Shown here: one piece after another, positions 49,122-59,379 of the stretch
How the letters are laid out: every line of letters begins with the position of its first letter
How positions within the stretch are numbered: position 1 is the first letter of the stretch
Assembly (NCBI GenBank): GCA_965206655.1
Contig: CBDBKC010000032.1
Span: 192,563-256,562, forward strand
Source: Bryobacterales bacterium
Lineage (GTDB): Bacteria > Acidobacteriota > Terriglobia > Bryobacterales > UBA6623
Reading direction: 5' to 3'
Length of the DNA stretch: 64,000 bases
The notes under the pieces: generated by a model
The model's database searches: none
Told to the model about the DNA's origin: nothing
What the model saw: the letters and a program-made list of their open reading frames with translations, nothing else
Made by a program: the position numbers and the translations under genes

Positions 49122-51893
49122 TCAAAACCGGGGGGCGTCGGGGCTGCTAGACACCTCTGGCTCGACATAAGTTGGCCGGCCAGGCAATCGGCTGAGATCA
49201 GCAACACCAGGGTCCGCCAACCATCCAACGAAATCACTCGCTACGAGCCGCCCGGTCAGCACTCGCATCAGTCCCTCCATGAATACGCTGTGTCGAGCGA
49301 GAGTAATTGACCGTGACGCAGCCGCCTTCTTCTTTGAATGCTCGTCGAAATCCGGTTTGCCAAGCGTCACTCGTTTCATTCTTATCTCAAAGTCCGCTGC
49401 CTTCTGCAACACGTCAAATGCTTCGCCCTTCGTAATCAGCGGCGGCTTCTTCGTCACAGTCTTGCATTCAATCAACAGAGCCGTACCACCAATTTCGAGC
49501 AAGATATCAGGTACATTCTGTTGCTTCCTATCGTCCAGCTTGCTGACTGTCCAATTCAATTCTTCGTGGAGGAGATCAATGATCGCGTCCTCGTAGTCGG
49601 TCCCGAGGCTGTTGTTGCACCTGGCGATCTTCTCTTCAATACCGATTTCCCGTCCAAGCCGAAGGTGCAGGCGCTCGAAGCTTATGGAAGCACCATCAAA
49701 GCTATCGGACAAGGCAGCCACGAGCCCAGCGGCCCTTTGGGCCGAGCCCAGCAGCTTCACAAGTCGTTCTTTTCCGGCGCCTATCACGTCCATGACCGTT
49801 GCCAGCCCGTTCACAATCAAAGCCATCGCGCGCTGCCGCCCGAAGCCAGGGACTCCTCGTCGATTCGCAATTCGGAGTACATCGAGCGCTTCCACAGGAG
49901 CGCCCCAGCGAACCCGTCGGGCGAGCATGCCGATGTGGTTTGTCAGCACTTGCGCGTGACCAAGGTCAGAAGTGCCTGACACACGGCGTAGGCCATCGAA
50001 AATCCAGCTGAGATCGATCGAAAGACGATGCAGCTGACCGGCAGATACTCCCGTGAAGAATCGTATTTTCCGTTCGGCTTCGCCTTGGATGAACAATCCC
50101 ATCGCATGAACGCACCGCGTCACTTGGTCATTGGTCCTATCCCACGCCGTCAGGTGAGCTCCCTCTTGCATAAACACAGACGATTCTGGCTTCATTCGAC
50201 CCGCTGCGTAAGGCAGGAACCTGCTAGACGGGTCATCTGTAAACTCCGGACACGTCAATGCCCAATGGATCAGCCCCACCTCATGGACGGCGAAATTATC
50301 CTGTATCTGATTGGAATGTTCGGCGAGAAGATCAACACACTTCTTAGCAGTTTCCGGCATGAGGCCAGACAGTGAGGTGGATTTACCAAGCGGCGTCGCC
50401 TGAATGGTCGCGTGGCTCTCTTCGACGAACTGATGCTTCAGGAGCCAGTCAACAGAGGTGATTGCTTTGGCAACGATCTCCTCGAGGAGCTTGGGTTTGC
50501 TCTCAGGCACCTGATGCCAGTAAAACGTGTTCTTGAAGAATGCGTCGAGTTCGTCTTTCGACAATACAGCGCCCGCAGCCACGAGCGCGAGGACTGTCCG
50601 ACGCATACTCAAAGTTACGAGTTGCGAAACCACGCAGTCATTCTCGGGTGACACGAGCTGGTTCGCGTGCTGAAACTCTGCGTGGTTCCTTGGCAGGAGA
50701 ATCACACGGCCGTCCTCATGGTAGTTGAGTCGTCCCGCCCGTCCAGACATATTGCGGTAATCAGACCTGACAAACAGACGCCCTTCTCGGTTGCCGAATT
50801 CGTATGTCAACTTCGGGATGATCACCGTTCGAAACGGGAAATTCACACCAGCTGCGAGCGTCGATGTGGCGAAACAGACATCAAACGTCGATTTCATGAA
50901 ACCTGATTCGATGACAGATCTTTCATCCAGTGTGAGGTCGGCAGTGTGGAAGGTGACCCGTCGTTCGGCGTACGACATGAGATCCTGTGACGACTCTGTT
51001 GGCTCCGAGTAGAGTTCGAGCTGTTTCGAGATGGCGAGCCCAGCGGATCCTCGTTCGCACTGTCCACTGTACTCACGTGCCAGTTTCGACGCCTCTCGTC
51101 GCGTCTCTGTAAAAACAAGAACGGGGCCAAAACCATCGTTGATGACTTTTCGAACGGCTCCGCAGACATCGGTATGTCCGAGTGTATCCGCCGTGGTCTT
51201 GCCATCAGTCTGGCCGAACCGAACCGTGTATTGCAGGCCGTCATAGCGGATGGTCTGGATGAGCTCGACATCGCGCTTGGCACTTCGAACCGATTGACAA
51301 TTCATCCATGCGGCGAGATCCTCGGCATTCTCGACTGTTGCCGTCAACCCGACGAACTGGTGCGGTTGCCGCTGACGGAGAAGCGCACAGAGAGTTTCGA
51401 CCGATGCGCCACGCCCTTCTTCGCCGAGTAGTTGTAGCTCGTCGGCAATGATGACCGACTTCTCCACTTTGATACGCCCGGCGAGAATTAGCCCCAGCGC
51501 CTTTTCGTATGTCGAAATAAGGACCCGGCAGCTGACATCTCCCTCTTCACGATCTCCTGTGCTGATGCCGACAGTCACAGCTGACTTCCATCTTGGTTTC
51601 GAGAAGCGATCGGCAAAGTCGGAGAATTTCTGCTCGGCAAGTGCTTTGTGCGAGACGAGGTACAGCGCGTCGAATTCATCGCTTAGCGCGTTCGCCAAAG
51701 CGAGTTCGCCGATCAATGTCTTGCCGGATGACGTCGGGGCGCAGACGATCGCACTTGAACCCAACGGTACACCTGCTACGATTGCGAGTTTTTGAATATC
51801 AGTGAGCGATTTGATGCCCCATTCTTCCAGACATAATGTGAGCAATTCAGTTAGCTTCGCGGCAGACGTCCCGGTTGTCTGTTCGTTGGGCAT
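49122..51893 (-). CDS. Ski2/Hel308-like SF2 helicase with a C-terminal PD-(D/E)XK nuclease domain
   Basis: APTSSGKT, SHKALAEQK, ADELQ, TAT, FHTADL, ATSTLAAGVNFP, NMSGRAGR, HhH-like VPGFGRQRA, then E..I..L / VPDILL / IECK. Confidence 0.88.
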   Translation of the reverse strand: MPNEQTTGTSAAKLTELLTLCLEEWGIKSLTDIQKLAIVAGVPLGSSAIVCAPTSSGKTLIGELALANALSDEFDALYLVSHKALAEQKFSDFADRFSKPRWKSAVTVGISTGDREEGDVSCRVLISTYEKALGLILAGRIKVEKSVIIADELQLLGEEGRGASVETLCALLRQRQPHQFVGLTATVENAEDLAAWMNCQSVRSAKRDVELIQTIRYDGLQYTVRFGQTDGKTTADTLGHTDVCGAVRKVINDGFGPVLVFTETRREASKLAREYSGQCERGSAGLAISKQLELYSEPTESSQDLMSYAERRVTFHTADLTLDERSVIESGFMKSTFDVCFATSTLAAGVNFPFRTVIIPKLTYEFGNREGRLFVRSDYRNMSGRAGRLNYHEDGRVILLPRNHAEFQHANQLVSPENDCVVSQLVTLSMRRTVLALVAAGAVLSKDELDAFFKNTFYWHQVPESKPKLLEEIVAKAITSVDWLLKHQFVEESHATIQATPLGKSTSLSGLMPETAKKCVDLLAEHSNQIQDNFAVHEVGLIHWALTCPEFTDDPSSRFLPYAAGRMKPESSVFMQEGAHLTAWDRTNDQVTRCVHAMGLFIQGEAERKIRFFTGVSAGQLHRLSIDLSWIFDGLRRVSGTSDLGHAQVLTNHIGMLARRVRWGAPVEALDVLRIANRRGVPGFGRQRAMALIVNGLATVMDVIGAGKERLVKLLGSAQRAAGLVAALSDSFDGASISFERLHLRLGREIGIEEKIARCNNSLGTDYEDAIIDLLHEELNWTVSKLDDRKQQNVPDILLEIGGTALLIECKTVTKKPPLITKGEAFDVLQKAADFEIRMKRVTLGKPDFDEHSKKKAAASRSITLARHSVFMEGLMRVLTGRLVASDFVGWLADPGVADLSRLPGRPTYVEPEVSSSPDAPRF

Positions 51894-51905
51894 GGAGTCT
51901 ATCCT

Positions 51906-52010
51906 GTGGCGGACGTATCAGTGACCGAAGGCGATCCGGTGCCAGTGATTCGCGGCTTGGCGAGTCGCGGTGTCGGAAGCAAGACAATCGCGCGGATGGT
52001 CGGGGTCAGT
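51906..52010 (+). pseudogene. Possible HTH scrap of an IS21-like transposase N-terminus
   Basis: IRGLASRGVGSKTIARMVGV; only about 30 codons. Confidence 0.3.
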
Positions 52011-52366
52011 TATTCCTGTTGCTTGACAAGGGTTTCGAGCAGTAGGCCGAACCCGAACCCCTTGCGCCGGTCCGATTCCTTTCCGGTACGCCTCGCCTAA
52101 GCGCTCCCGGTCTGTAGCCAGCAAGACCGTGGGTGACACGCCTACCGAAGCATTCAAGCTAAGCGAGTGCGGCTTGCTCGGCGGTGGCATCGGTGAAGGT
52201 GACCATGTCACCCTATTGCAGCTCCCACCGTTGCCGCAATTCAAGACACTGATTAGCTCAACGCTCATGCTTTCCTTCAATCAGTCGGCTCATTCTCCCA
52301 CGTCGCCTCTGACAAGAATCACAGAGAAACAAGCCCGGCCACAAAGGGAAGAGCTGATGCCCCCTG

Positions 52367-52544
52367 GAGGGTGTCCCAAACTCCGTTGAAGGTTGGGGCG
52401 ACGGGTTGAGTTCATCTTACGCCACTTTCTCCTTCTGAGAGGCGGTAGCTATACTCGTGCGGCCGAGGATTCCGGCCAAAGTCCACAGATCTTGGTAACC
52501 GATGATCTTGCGAAAGTTCTTCTCGGTCAGCGCCCAAGCCTAGG
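52367..52544 (-). mobile_element. 3' end remnant of an IS256-like element
   Basis: WALTEKNFRKIIGYQDLWTLAGILGR..EKVA* followed by an end-like sequence ..TTCAACGGAGTTTGGGACACCCTC. Confidence 0.6.
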
Positions 52545-52583
52545 AATGCGCTCCTCTTGACGCTCGGTGTTATATTTGACACC

Positions 52584-52811
52584 ATGCTATATGAGAAGCA
52601 GAGATACCCGGCCGATTCCGGCGTATTCGAGGTGGCGCTCAAGTACCGCACTGATGCGTGTCGGACGGTCTACACTCTGCAGTTCGGGGAGCGGCTTTGG
52701 GTTTTGCACGCCTTCCAGAAGAAGGCGAAGCAGTGCATCAAGACCCCGAAGAAGGATATCGATCTGATCCGCGAGCGTCTTAAACAATTGAAGAAGGAGT
52801 TACAGCAATGA
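52584..52811 (+). pseudogene. higB: HigB/RelE (Gp49-like) toxin, 5'-truncated
   Basis: SGVFEVALKY..RTVY..LWVLHAFQKK..IKTPKKDIDLIRERLK; the N-terminal third of the family appears to be missing. Confidence 0.75.
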
Positions 52812-53140
52812 GCAAGACAGACGACGATTTTAAGCTGGTGCACGGCAGCGGCAATGTCTTCCGTGACTTCGGGCGCGCTGACGCCGACGTGCAGCAGACC
52901 AAGGCGCTTCTAGCCGCCCGCATCATCGGCATTCTTGACGATGAAGGGCTTTCGACGCGCAAGGCCGAGGGTCGCACCGGTGTCAGCCATGCGGACTTTA
53001 CCCGCATTCGCAACGTGCAGCTTGACCGCTTCACCATTGACCGACTGATGACCGTGCTCAACAAGCTCGGCCAGCATGTAGACGTGCAGATCGACATTCA
53101 CCCGCACCTGACCGCTGAAGAAGCGCCGGCGCATCCGTGA
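52808..53140 (+). CDS. higA: HigA-like XRE antitoxin
   Basis: GSGNVFRDFG, HTH, RFTIDRLMTVL; overlaps the toxin stop. Confidence 0.85.
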   Translation: MSKTDDDFKLVHGSGNVFRDFGRADADVQQTKALLAARIIGILDDEGLSTRKAEGRTGVSHADFTRIRNVQLDRFTIDRLMTVLNKLGQHVDVQIDIHPHLTAEEAPAHP

Positions 53141-53372
53141 GTGTCTGTGCTATTTGAACAGCCGATCTCGCGGGATTTCTTGCAGACCAAGGCTACGAAC
53201 GTCTTTTTGCGCGGGGGCGTTGCTAGACGCGCAAAGACCATCAACCGCGATGGACTGATCGTGGCGCACTACCAGTCGGGCTGCTTCGCTTGCTGCTGAG
53301 AGGGGGCAAGCCTGCCCCCAAGAGGAGTCTTTCCTAAAGAAGAACCTCCTTTGGTGTAATCACGTTGGAGAC

Positions 53373-56039
53373 TTGAGCTTCCCCTATATGACCCTCATCA
53401 CAGCAACCACGCGCCTGTCCCGCGAGCTCCAGCGCGAATACGCCCGGGAGCAGGTGGCGGCCGGTCTTTCGACGTGGCCGACAGCGCACATCCTTCCGTT
53501 TCAGGCGTGGCTTGCCGAACTCTGGGATACGTCAGTGTATTCCGGGGAAGTTGGCGGGACCCTACGGTTGCTTCGGCCGTCTGAAGAGCGGGCGATCTGG
53601 GAGGACATCATCCGTGCCGATGGGGAGAGCCCCTTACTGGAAGTTCCGGCAACGGCCGCAGCCGCACTGAGAGCGTGGGGGCTGCTCTGCGAATGGGGCC
53701 TTCCATGGGATGCACCGGAATGGAACGACTCCACCGACTCGAAGGTGTTTTACCGGTGGGCGCGGGAGTTCCGGCGGCGGTCGAGGGAGAACGGGTGGTT
53801 GTCGAACGCGGAGTTGCCGGTCTTTATCGCGGACCGTATTGGAGAGGGGGCGATTCCGGTTCTCGAGCAGGTTGAGATCGTCGGGTTCCTGGAACTGACG
53901 CCGGTCCAGAAGCGACTGTTCGATACGCTGACCTCTCGGGGAACAGAAATCAAACAACGGGTGGTCTCGCAGGCTCCGGGGAATGCTGTCCGCATCGGTC
54001 TGGTCGACACTGACCGGGAAATCCGTGCCGCGGCCGAATGGGCGCGGCGGATTCTGGAGACCGACACGGAGGCAAGCTCGCCGGAGTTTCGAATAGGGAT
54101 TGCGGTAGCCAATCTCGAACAGTGCCGAGGCCGCGTGGAGCGTATCTTTTCTGAAGTATTTCATCCCACAAGCCATCTTCGGCCGGATCGGGATACTCAC
54201 CGCCTGTTCAATATTTCCCTGGGGCTGCCGCTCGGTGAGTACCCGATCATCGCCGCGGCATTTTTGGTCCTCGCAAGCCGGCCTCATGGCATTCCGGTGG
54301 AAACGCTGGGCCGGCTTCTCCGATCTCCGTTCCTTCGGGGTGCGGCGTCTGAGTGGACCAGCCGCACTCTCCTGGACGCCGCGCTGCGTTCGTTGAGAGA
54401 GCCGGAAGTTTCACTGCAGGACGTACTTGCTTTGGCCGGGCGAGCCGACGTCCCGTACCACTGTCCGGAGCTTCAGTCGCAACTGATTGCCTGGCGCAAA
54501 TTCCGGCAGGAGTTAACGCCTCACCAGATGCCCAGCGACTGGGCGGCATCGTTCTCAGGTCTTCTCGAAGCCATGGGATGGCCGGGTGCCGGGCCCCTCG
54601 ACAGTGTTCAGTTCCAGACGATCAAAAAGTGGCATGAATTCCTTTCGGACTTTGCCGGACTGGACAGTGTCCTCGGCAGCATAGGGCTGGAGGCGGCCGT
54701 CGGGAGGTTGTATCGCCTGACCTCAACCGGGCAGTTTCAGCCCGAGTCCGACCCGGCACCGGTTCAAATCCTCGGCCTGTTCGAGACTTCCGGTCTGGTT
54801 TTTGACCGCCTCTGGATCATGGGGATGCACGATGCGGCGTGGCCGCCGCCGCCCAGCCCCGATGCATTCCTGCCGTTTCGGCTGCAGCGCAAGTTCGATC
54901 TGCCGCGGTCTTCGCCGGAGAGGGAACTGGAATTTGCACACACGCTGACCGCGCGGCTCGTGGCCAGCGCACCTAGTGTCGTTGTCAGCTATCCCCAACG
55001 TGCAGATGATTCCGATCTGAGAGTCAGTCCGCTCTTCCAGACGCTGCCGGAGGTGGAGGCGGAAGAGCTGGGGCTCCTGGGTTCCGATCGTTACGTCCAT
55101 GCTCTCCGGGAGTCTCGCCGGTGTGAGGTTGTGGAGGATCACAACGGGCCCGGGTTGGCGGAGGCGTCTGCCGGCGGCGGGACGTCGCTGTTCAAGCTTC
55201 AGGCGATGTGCCCGTTCAAAGCGTTTGCCGAACTGCGCCTGGGGGCGACGGAGTTGGATGAGGCCGAAACCGGATTGAGCGCGCTGGACCGCGGGCTTCT
55301 GATTCACCGGGTGCTTCAGAGGATCTGGGATGTGCTGGGTTCGCATGCCGGTCTGCTTTCGACGGGCGACGAGCAACTGGCCGATATCGTGCGGAGGACG
55401 GTGGCTGCCGAGCTGTATGCTTTTGGCCGGCGTCGGCGGGCGCTACGGCGGGAGCGGTTCACGGAGATCGAACAGAAGCGGGTCGAGCGCGTAATTGCGG
55501 AGTGGTTGCAGCTTGAGCGGGAGCGTCAGCCGTTTACCGTGATCCAGCAGGAAGCCCGCCGGCGGGTAACGGTGGGCGGGATTGATCTCAGCATCCGGGC
55601 CGATCGTATGGACCGTCTCGAAAACGGGGACTTTGTCGTTCTTGACTACAAGACCGGCGAATGCAGTGCTTCGGACTGGTTCGGATCCCGGCCCAATGAT
55701 CCTCAGCTTCCCATCTATGCCGTCACGGCCGAAGCTCCCGTCGCCGGCGTGTTCTACGGACAGCTCAAGACCGGGAAGGTGGCATTCCGCGGGATGATGG
55801 ATTCTGAAGGCTTGGTTCCGGGCGTCAAACCTTCCCGGGACGCGGTTTCCATCGACCAGAAGATTGACGGCTGGCAGGACGTGCTCGATCAGTTGGGGGA
55901 GGATTTCCGGGAAGGTCGGGCCGCAGTGGACCCGAAGGACCGTCGCAAGAGCTGCCAGTACTGCGCGCTGCCGACGCTTTGCCGGATCAACGAGGCTCAG
56001 CGTGCCTGGGATGCTGGCGGGGAGTACACGGATGCCTGA
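53373..56039 (+). CDS. AddB-like PD-(D/E)XK nuclease / probable DNA repair protein
   Basis: Degenerate helicase fold; Fe-S staple Cys (MCPF..CQYCALPTLC); RADRMD..VLDYKTG. Confidence 0.85.
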   Translation: MSFPYMTLITATTRLSRELQREYAREQVAAGLSTWPTAHILPFQAWLAELWDTSVYSGEVGGTLRLLRPSEERAIWEDIIRADGESPLLEVPATAAAALRAWGLLCEWGLPWDAPEWNDSTDSKVFYRWAREFRRRSRENGWLSNAELPVFIADRIGEGAIPVLEQVEIVGFLELTPVQKRLFDTLTSRGTEIKQRVVSQAPGNAVRIGLVDTDREIRAAAEWARRILETDTEASSPEFRIGIAVANLEQCRGRVERIFSEVFHPTSHLRPDRDTHRLFNISLGLPLGEYPIIAAAFLVLASRPHGIPVETLGRLLRSPFLRGAASEWTSRTLLDAALRSLREPEVSLQDVLALAGRADVPYHCPELQSQLIAWRKFRQELTPHQMPSDWAASFSGLLEAMGWPGAGPLDSVQFQTIKKWHEFLSDFAGLDSVLGSIGLEAAVGRLYRLTSTGQFQPESDPAPVQILGLFETSGLVFDRLWIMGMHDAAWPPPPSPDAFLPFRLQRKFDLPRSSPERELEFAHTLTARLVASAPSVVVSYPQRADDSDLRVSPLFQTLPEVEAEELGLLGSDRYVHALRESRRCEVVEDHNGPGLAEASAGGGTSLFKLQAMCPFKAFAELRLGATELDEAETGLSALDRGLLIHRVLQRIWDVLGSHAGLLSTGDEQLADIVRRTVAAELYAFGRRRRALRRERFTEIEQKRVERVIAEWLQLERERQPFTVIQQEARRRVTVGGIDLSIRADRMDRLENGDFVVLDYKTGECSASDWFGSRPNDPQLPIYAVTAEAPVAGVFYGQLKTGKVAFRGMMDSEGLVPGVKPSRDAVSIDQKIDGWQDVLDQLGEDFREGRAAVDPKDRRKSCQYCALPTLCRINEAQRAWDAGGEYTDA

Positions 56040-59000
56040 CCGCATTCAGGATCAGGAGCAACGGAGGCGGGCGCTCGATCATTCACAGTCGTTTATCGTG
56101 CAGGCGCCGGCGGGTTCGGGAAAGACCGAGCTCCTGATCCAGCGTTTCCTCACGTTGCTGAGTCTATCTGATCAACCCGAGTCGATTGTGGCGATCACGT
56201 TCACGCGGAAGGCGGCAGCCCAGATGCGCCAGCGGGTGATTGGCGCCCTTCAGAACGCTTCCGAGCCTGCGCCCGAAACCGCGCACGAGCATTTCACCTG
56301 GAAGCTGGCGCGGGCCGCGCTGGCGCGGAACGACACGTTCAATTGGCGCCTGATCGAGAACCCGGGTCGCCTTCGCATCCAGACGATCGATTCATTGTGC
56401 GCCACCTTCGTCCGGCAGATGCCCTGGGTCTCGCGCCTGGGTGCGCCCCCGCATCCCGAAGACAATGCCGCCCATCTGTACCGTCAGGCGGCGACCGGAA
56501 CGCTCCAGATGCTGGACTCTCCCCGGACGCCGGATGTGGTTGCCGAGGCGCTCTCAAAACTCCTGTCGCATCTGGACAACAACTTCGGGACCGGCGAAAA
56601 GCTCCTCGCGACGATGCTGGCCAGCCGCGACCAGTGGTTGCGCCACGTCGTGGGGAACCCCGAGGTTGAACGTCTGCGCGACGAGCTCGAGGATTCGCTT
56701 CGGGAAGTCGTCGAAGCCGCGCTCGGAGAGCTGGCAGCCATCTTCCCCGCACGCTTCAAGACCGAAACGGTCGAACTGGCGCAGTTTGCCGCCGGGAACC
56801 TCTCCCGCGATGGCAAGTCCGGTGACGTCCTGGCATGCGTGGGCCTGCAGGGGTTTCCCGCGGCGTCGGTGGATTCGCTCGAGCAATGGCGGGGATTGGC
56901 CGGACTGTTTCTGACGGGGCAGGGCACGCGGCGACAGCGTCTGACCAAGAACGAAGGGTTTCCGGCCGGCGACAGAGGCCGGAACGCTAAAGAGCGTCTC
57001 AATGCCATCGAGCTCGACGACACGGTCGTAGAGCGGTTGCACGCGGTGCGCTCGCTCCCGCTCCCCCGGTTCGAAGCCGCGCAGTGGGACATGATGGGCG
57101 CGCTGCTGGTGCTTCTTCCCGTCGCGGTCTATCAGCTCCGGTCGGTCTTTCAGCAGGAGGGCCGTGTGGACTTCACCGAGATCGCGATCGGCGCACGGAC
57201 CTCGCTGGGCACAGATGCGGAGCCCACGGACTTGGCGTTCGCCATCGACTGCCGGATCCAGCACTTGCTCGTCGATGAGTTTCAAGACACATCCCAGAGC
57301 CAGTACGAGCTTCTGACCCGGCTCGTAGGGGATTGGCAACCCGATGATGGGCGGACGCTGTTTCTCGTCGGCGATCCGATGCAGTCGATTTACGGTTTTC
57401 GTGAGGCGGACGTGGGTCTCTTTCTGCGGGCCCGGACCGAAGGCGTCGGTCCGGTCGCGCTGACCCCGCTCACGCTTTCGGTTAACTTCCGTTCCACTGC
57501 GGGGGTCGTGGACTGGGTCAACCGCACGCTCGGCACAGCGTTTCCATCGGTCGAGGACCGGTTCACAGGCGCGGTGACCTACGAGCCGTCCGTCCCGTTC
57601 AGGACGGAGTCCGATGAGTACGCCGTGCACGTGCATGCGTTCCTTTCGAGCGATCTGGATCTAGAAGCGGAGCGGGTTCTGAAGATCATCGGGGAGACCC
57701 GGACCCAGCATCCGGACGGCACGATTGCCGTGTTGGTCCGATCCCGTTCCCACCTCTTCGGAATTGTGTCGGCCCTGCGGAGAGCCGGGGAGCGGTTTAG
57801 CGCCGTCGAGATCGACACGCTCGTCGAGCGCCCCGTCGTCGGGGATCTCGTCGCGCTCACCCGGGCCCTGTTGCATCCGGCGGACCGGATCGCCTGGCTC
57901 TCGCTCCTGAGAGCGCCGTGGTGCGGCCTGATACTGACGGATCTCCACGCGCTCGTCGACGGCGATTTCAACCGGGCGGTCTGGGATATTTTGAAGTCCG
58001 GGGAGTGGCGGACCCGTTTGTCGCCCGATGGCATCGGACGGCTCGAACGTTTGATTCCCGTTCTCTCTGACGCGATTGACCGGCGGGGCACACTCGCAGT
58101 GCGGCGGTGGGTGGAAGGCGTGTGGATCGCGATGGCGGGACCGGCGTGCCTGGAAACCCGGACCGACCTGGAAGCCGCCGCTGCTTATCTCGATCTGCTC
58201 GAACAATCCATGGTCGGTCTCGACATCCGCGATGAACAGAAGTTTGCCGACGACATCGCGCGTCTGTTCGCTCCGTCCGATGTGGAAGCCGGGGACGGGT
58301 TGCAGTTGCTGACGGTTCACAAGGCCAAGGGCCTGGAGTTCGACACGGTGATCCTCCCCGGACTCGGTCGCCGGACCCGAACGGACGACCAGCGCCTGCT
58401 GATGTGGCTGGAGTACATGAGTAGTGGGGAGCCGCGGCTTCTACTTGCGCCGATCCATAAGGTGGGGGGCGACAAGGATCCCGTCTACGACTACCTGCGC
58501 AAGGTCCATGCCACCAAGAGCGACCAGGAGAGCACGCGCCTCCTGTATGTGGCCGCGACGCGGGCCCGGCGGCGGCTGCATCTTCTGGGGCACACCCGGC
58601 TCGATCAAGACGGGAGGGCGTTCAAGGCGCCGGATCCACGGGTGCTGTTGAGTAAAATTTGGGACGTGGTGAAGGTGGATTTTGTCGAGACGCTCCGGGG
58701 GTCAGGCGGGCAAGACACGCAGCTTCAAAAGGATGCGGAGCTTGCGGGCATTCCCTTGAGGAGGCTGAGCCTCGACTGGACGGCGCCCGCCCCACCCGAA
58801 GATATCGCCTGGAACGCCGCTAGCCGCGCGGATTCCGAGGAGGTTGGAGTCCACCGGCCCGTCTTCGAATGGGCCGGCGAACTCCAGCGGCGGGTCGGCA
58901 TTGTGGTGCATCGCATGTTGCAGCAGATGCACGCGCGGGACGGGTTGGCCGTGCGCGAAGACACTCTCCGTGCCGCCCTCCGGTCGGAAGGCCTGGACGG

Positions 59001-59379
59001 CGAGAAGCTGGACGAAGCTCTCTCCCGCGCCATCGTTGCGCTTGGAAACGCTACGGCCGACGAGCAGGCACGCTGGATTCTTTCCGGGCATGAAGACGAC
59101 CAGCGCGAATATGCCTTGTCGACCGTCGTTGAACAGAAGGTCCGACGTTTCGTCCTGGACCGAACCTTCGTGGATGACGGCGTGCGCTGGATCATCGACT
59201 ACAAGACCAGCACGCATGAGGGCAGCGGCCGCGATGCGTTTCTCGACAACGAGCAGACACGGTACCGCGAGCAGATGGAGGGCTACGCGCGCGCCATGCG
59301 GTCTCTCGACCCGCGGCCGATCCGTCTGGGTTTGTATTTTCCTCTGATCCAGGGATGGAGAGAATGGGCGTTCGAGTAA
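56032..59379 (+). CDS. AddA-like UvrD helicase-nuclease
   Basis: QAPAGSGKT, ITFTRKAA, LVDEFQDTS, VGDPMQSIYGFR, TVHKAKGLEFD, RLLYVAATRA, RecB-type DRTF..IIDYKT. Start placed at ATG 56032. Confidence 0.92.
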   Translation: MPDRIQDQEQRRRALDHSQSFIVQAPAGSGKTELLIQRFLTLLSLSDQPESIVAITFTRKAAAQMRQRVIGALQNASEPAPETAHEHFTWKLARAALARNDTFNWRLIENPGRLRIQTIDSLCATFVRQMPWVSRLGAPPHPEDNAAHLYRQAATGTLQMLDSPRTPDVVAEALSKLLSHLDNNFGTGEKLLATMLASRDQWLRHVVGNPEVERLRDELEDSLREVVEAALGELAAIFPARFKTETVELAQFAAGNLSRDGKSGDVLACVGLQGFPAASVDSLEQWRGLAGLFLTGQGTRRQRLTKNEGFPAGDRGRNAKERLNAIELDDTVVERLHAVRSLPLPRFEAAQWDMMGALLVLLPVAVYQLRSVFQQEGRVDFTEIAIGARTSLGTDAEPTDLAFAIDCRIQHLLVDEFQDTSQSQYELLTRLVGDWQPDDGRTLFLVGDPMQSIYGFREADVGLFLRARTEGVGPVALTPLTLSVNFRSTAGVVDWVNRTLGTAFPSVEDRFTGAVTYEPSVPFRTESDEYAVHVHAFLSSDLDLEAERVLKIIGETRTQHPDGTIAVLVRSRSHLFGIVSALRRAGERFSAVEIDTLVERPVVGDLVALTRALLHPADRIAWLSLLRAPWCGLILTDLHALVDGDFNRAVWDILKSGEWRTRLSPDGIGRLERLIPVLSDAIDRRGTLAVRRWVEGVWIAMAGPACLETRTDLEAAAAYLDLLEQSMVGLDIRDEQKFADDIARLFAPSDVEAGDGLQLLTVHKAKGLEFDTVILPGLGRRTRTDDQRLLMWLEYMSSGEPRLLLAPIHKVGGDKDPVYDYLRKVHATKSDQESTRLLYVAATRARRRLHLLGHTRLDQDGRAFKAPDPRVLLSKIWDVVKVDFVETLRGSGGQDTQLQKDAELAGIPLRRLSLDWTAPAPPEDIAWNAASRADSEEVGVHRPVFEWAGELQRRVGIVVHRMLQQMHARDGLAVREDTLRAALRSEGLDGEKLDEALSRAIVALGNATADEQARWILSGHEDDQREYALSTVVEQKVRRFVLDRTFVDDGVRWIIDYKTSTHEGSGRDAFLDNEQTRYREQMEGYARAMRSLDPRPIRLGLYFPLIQGWREWAFE

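Noticed and set aside
31471-53372. attL/attR direct repeats bounding the accessory island
   Set aside because: No matching repeat pair or intact integrase was found by eye.
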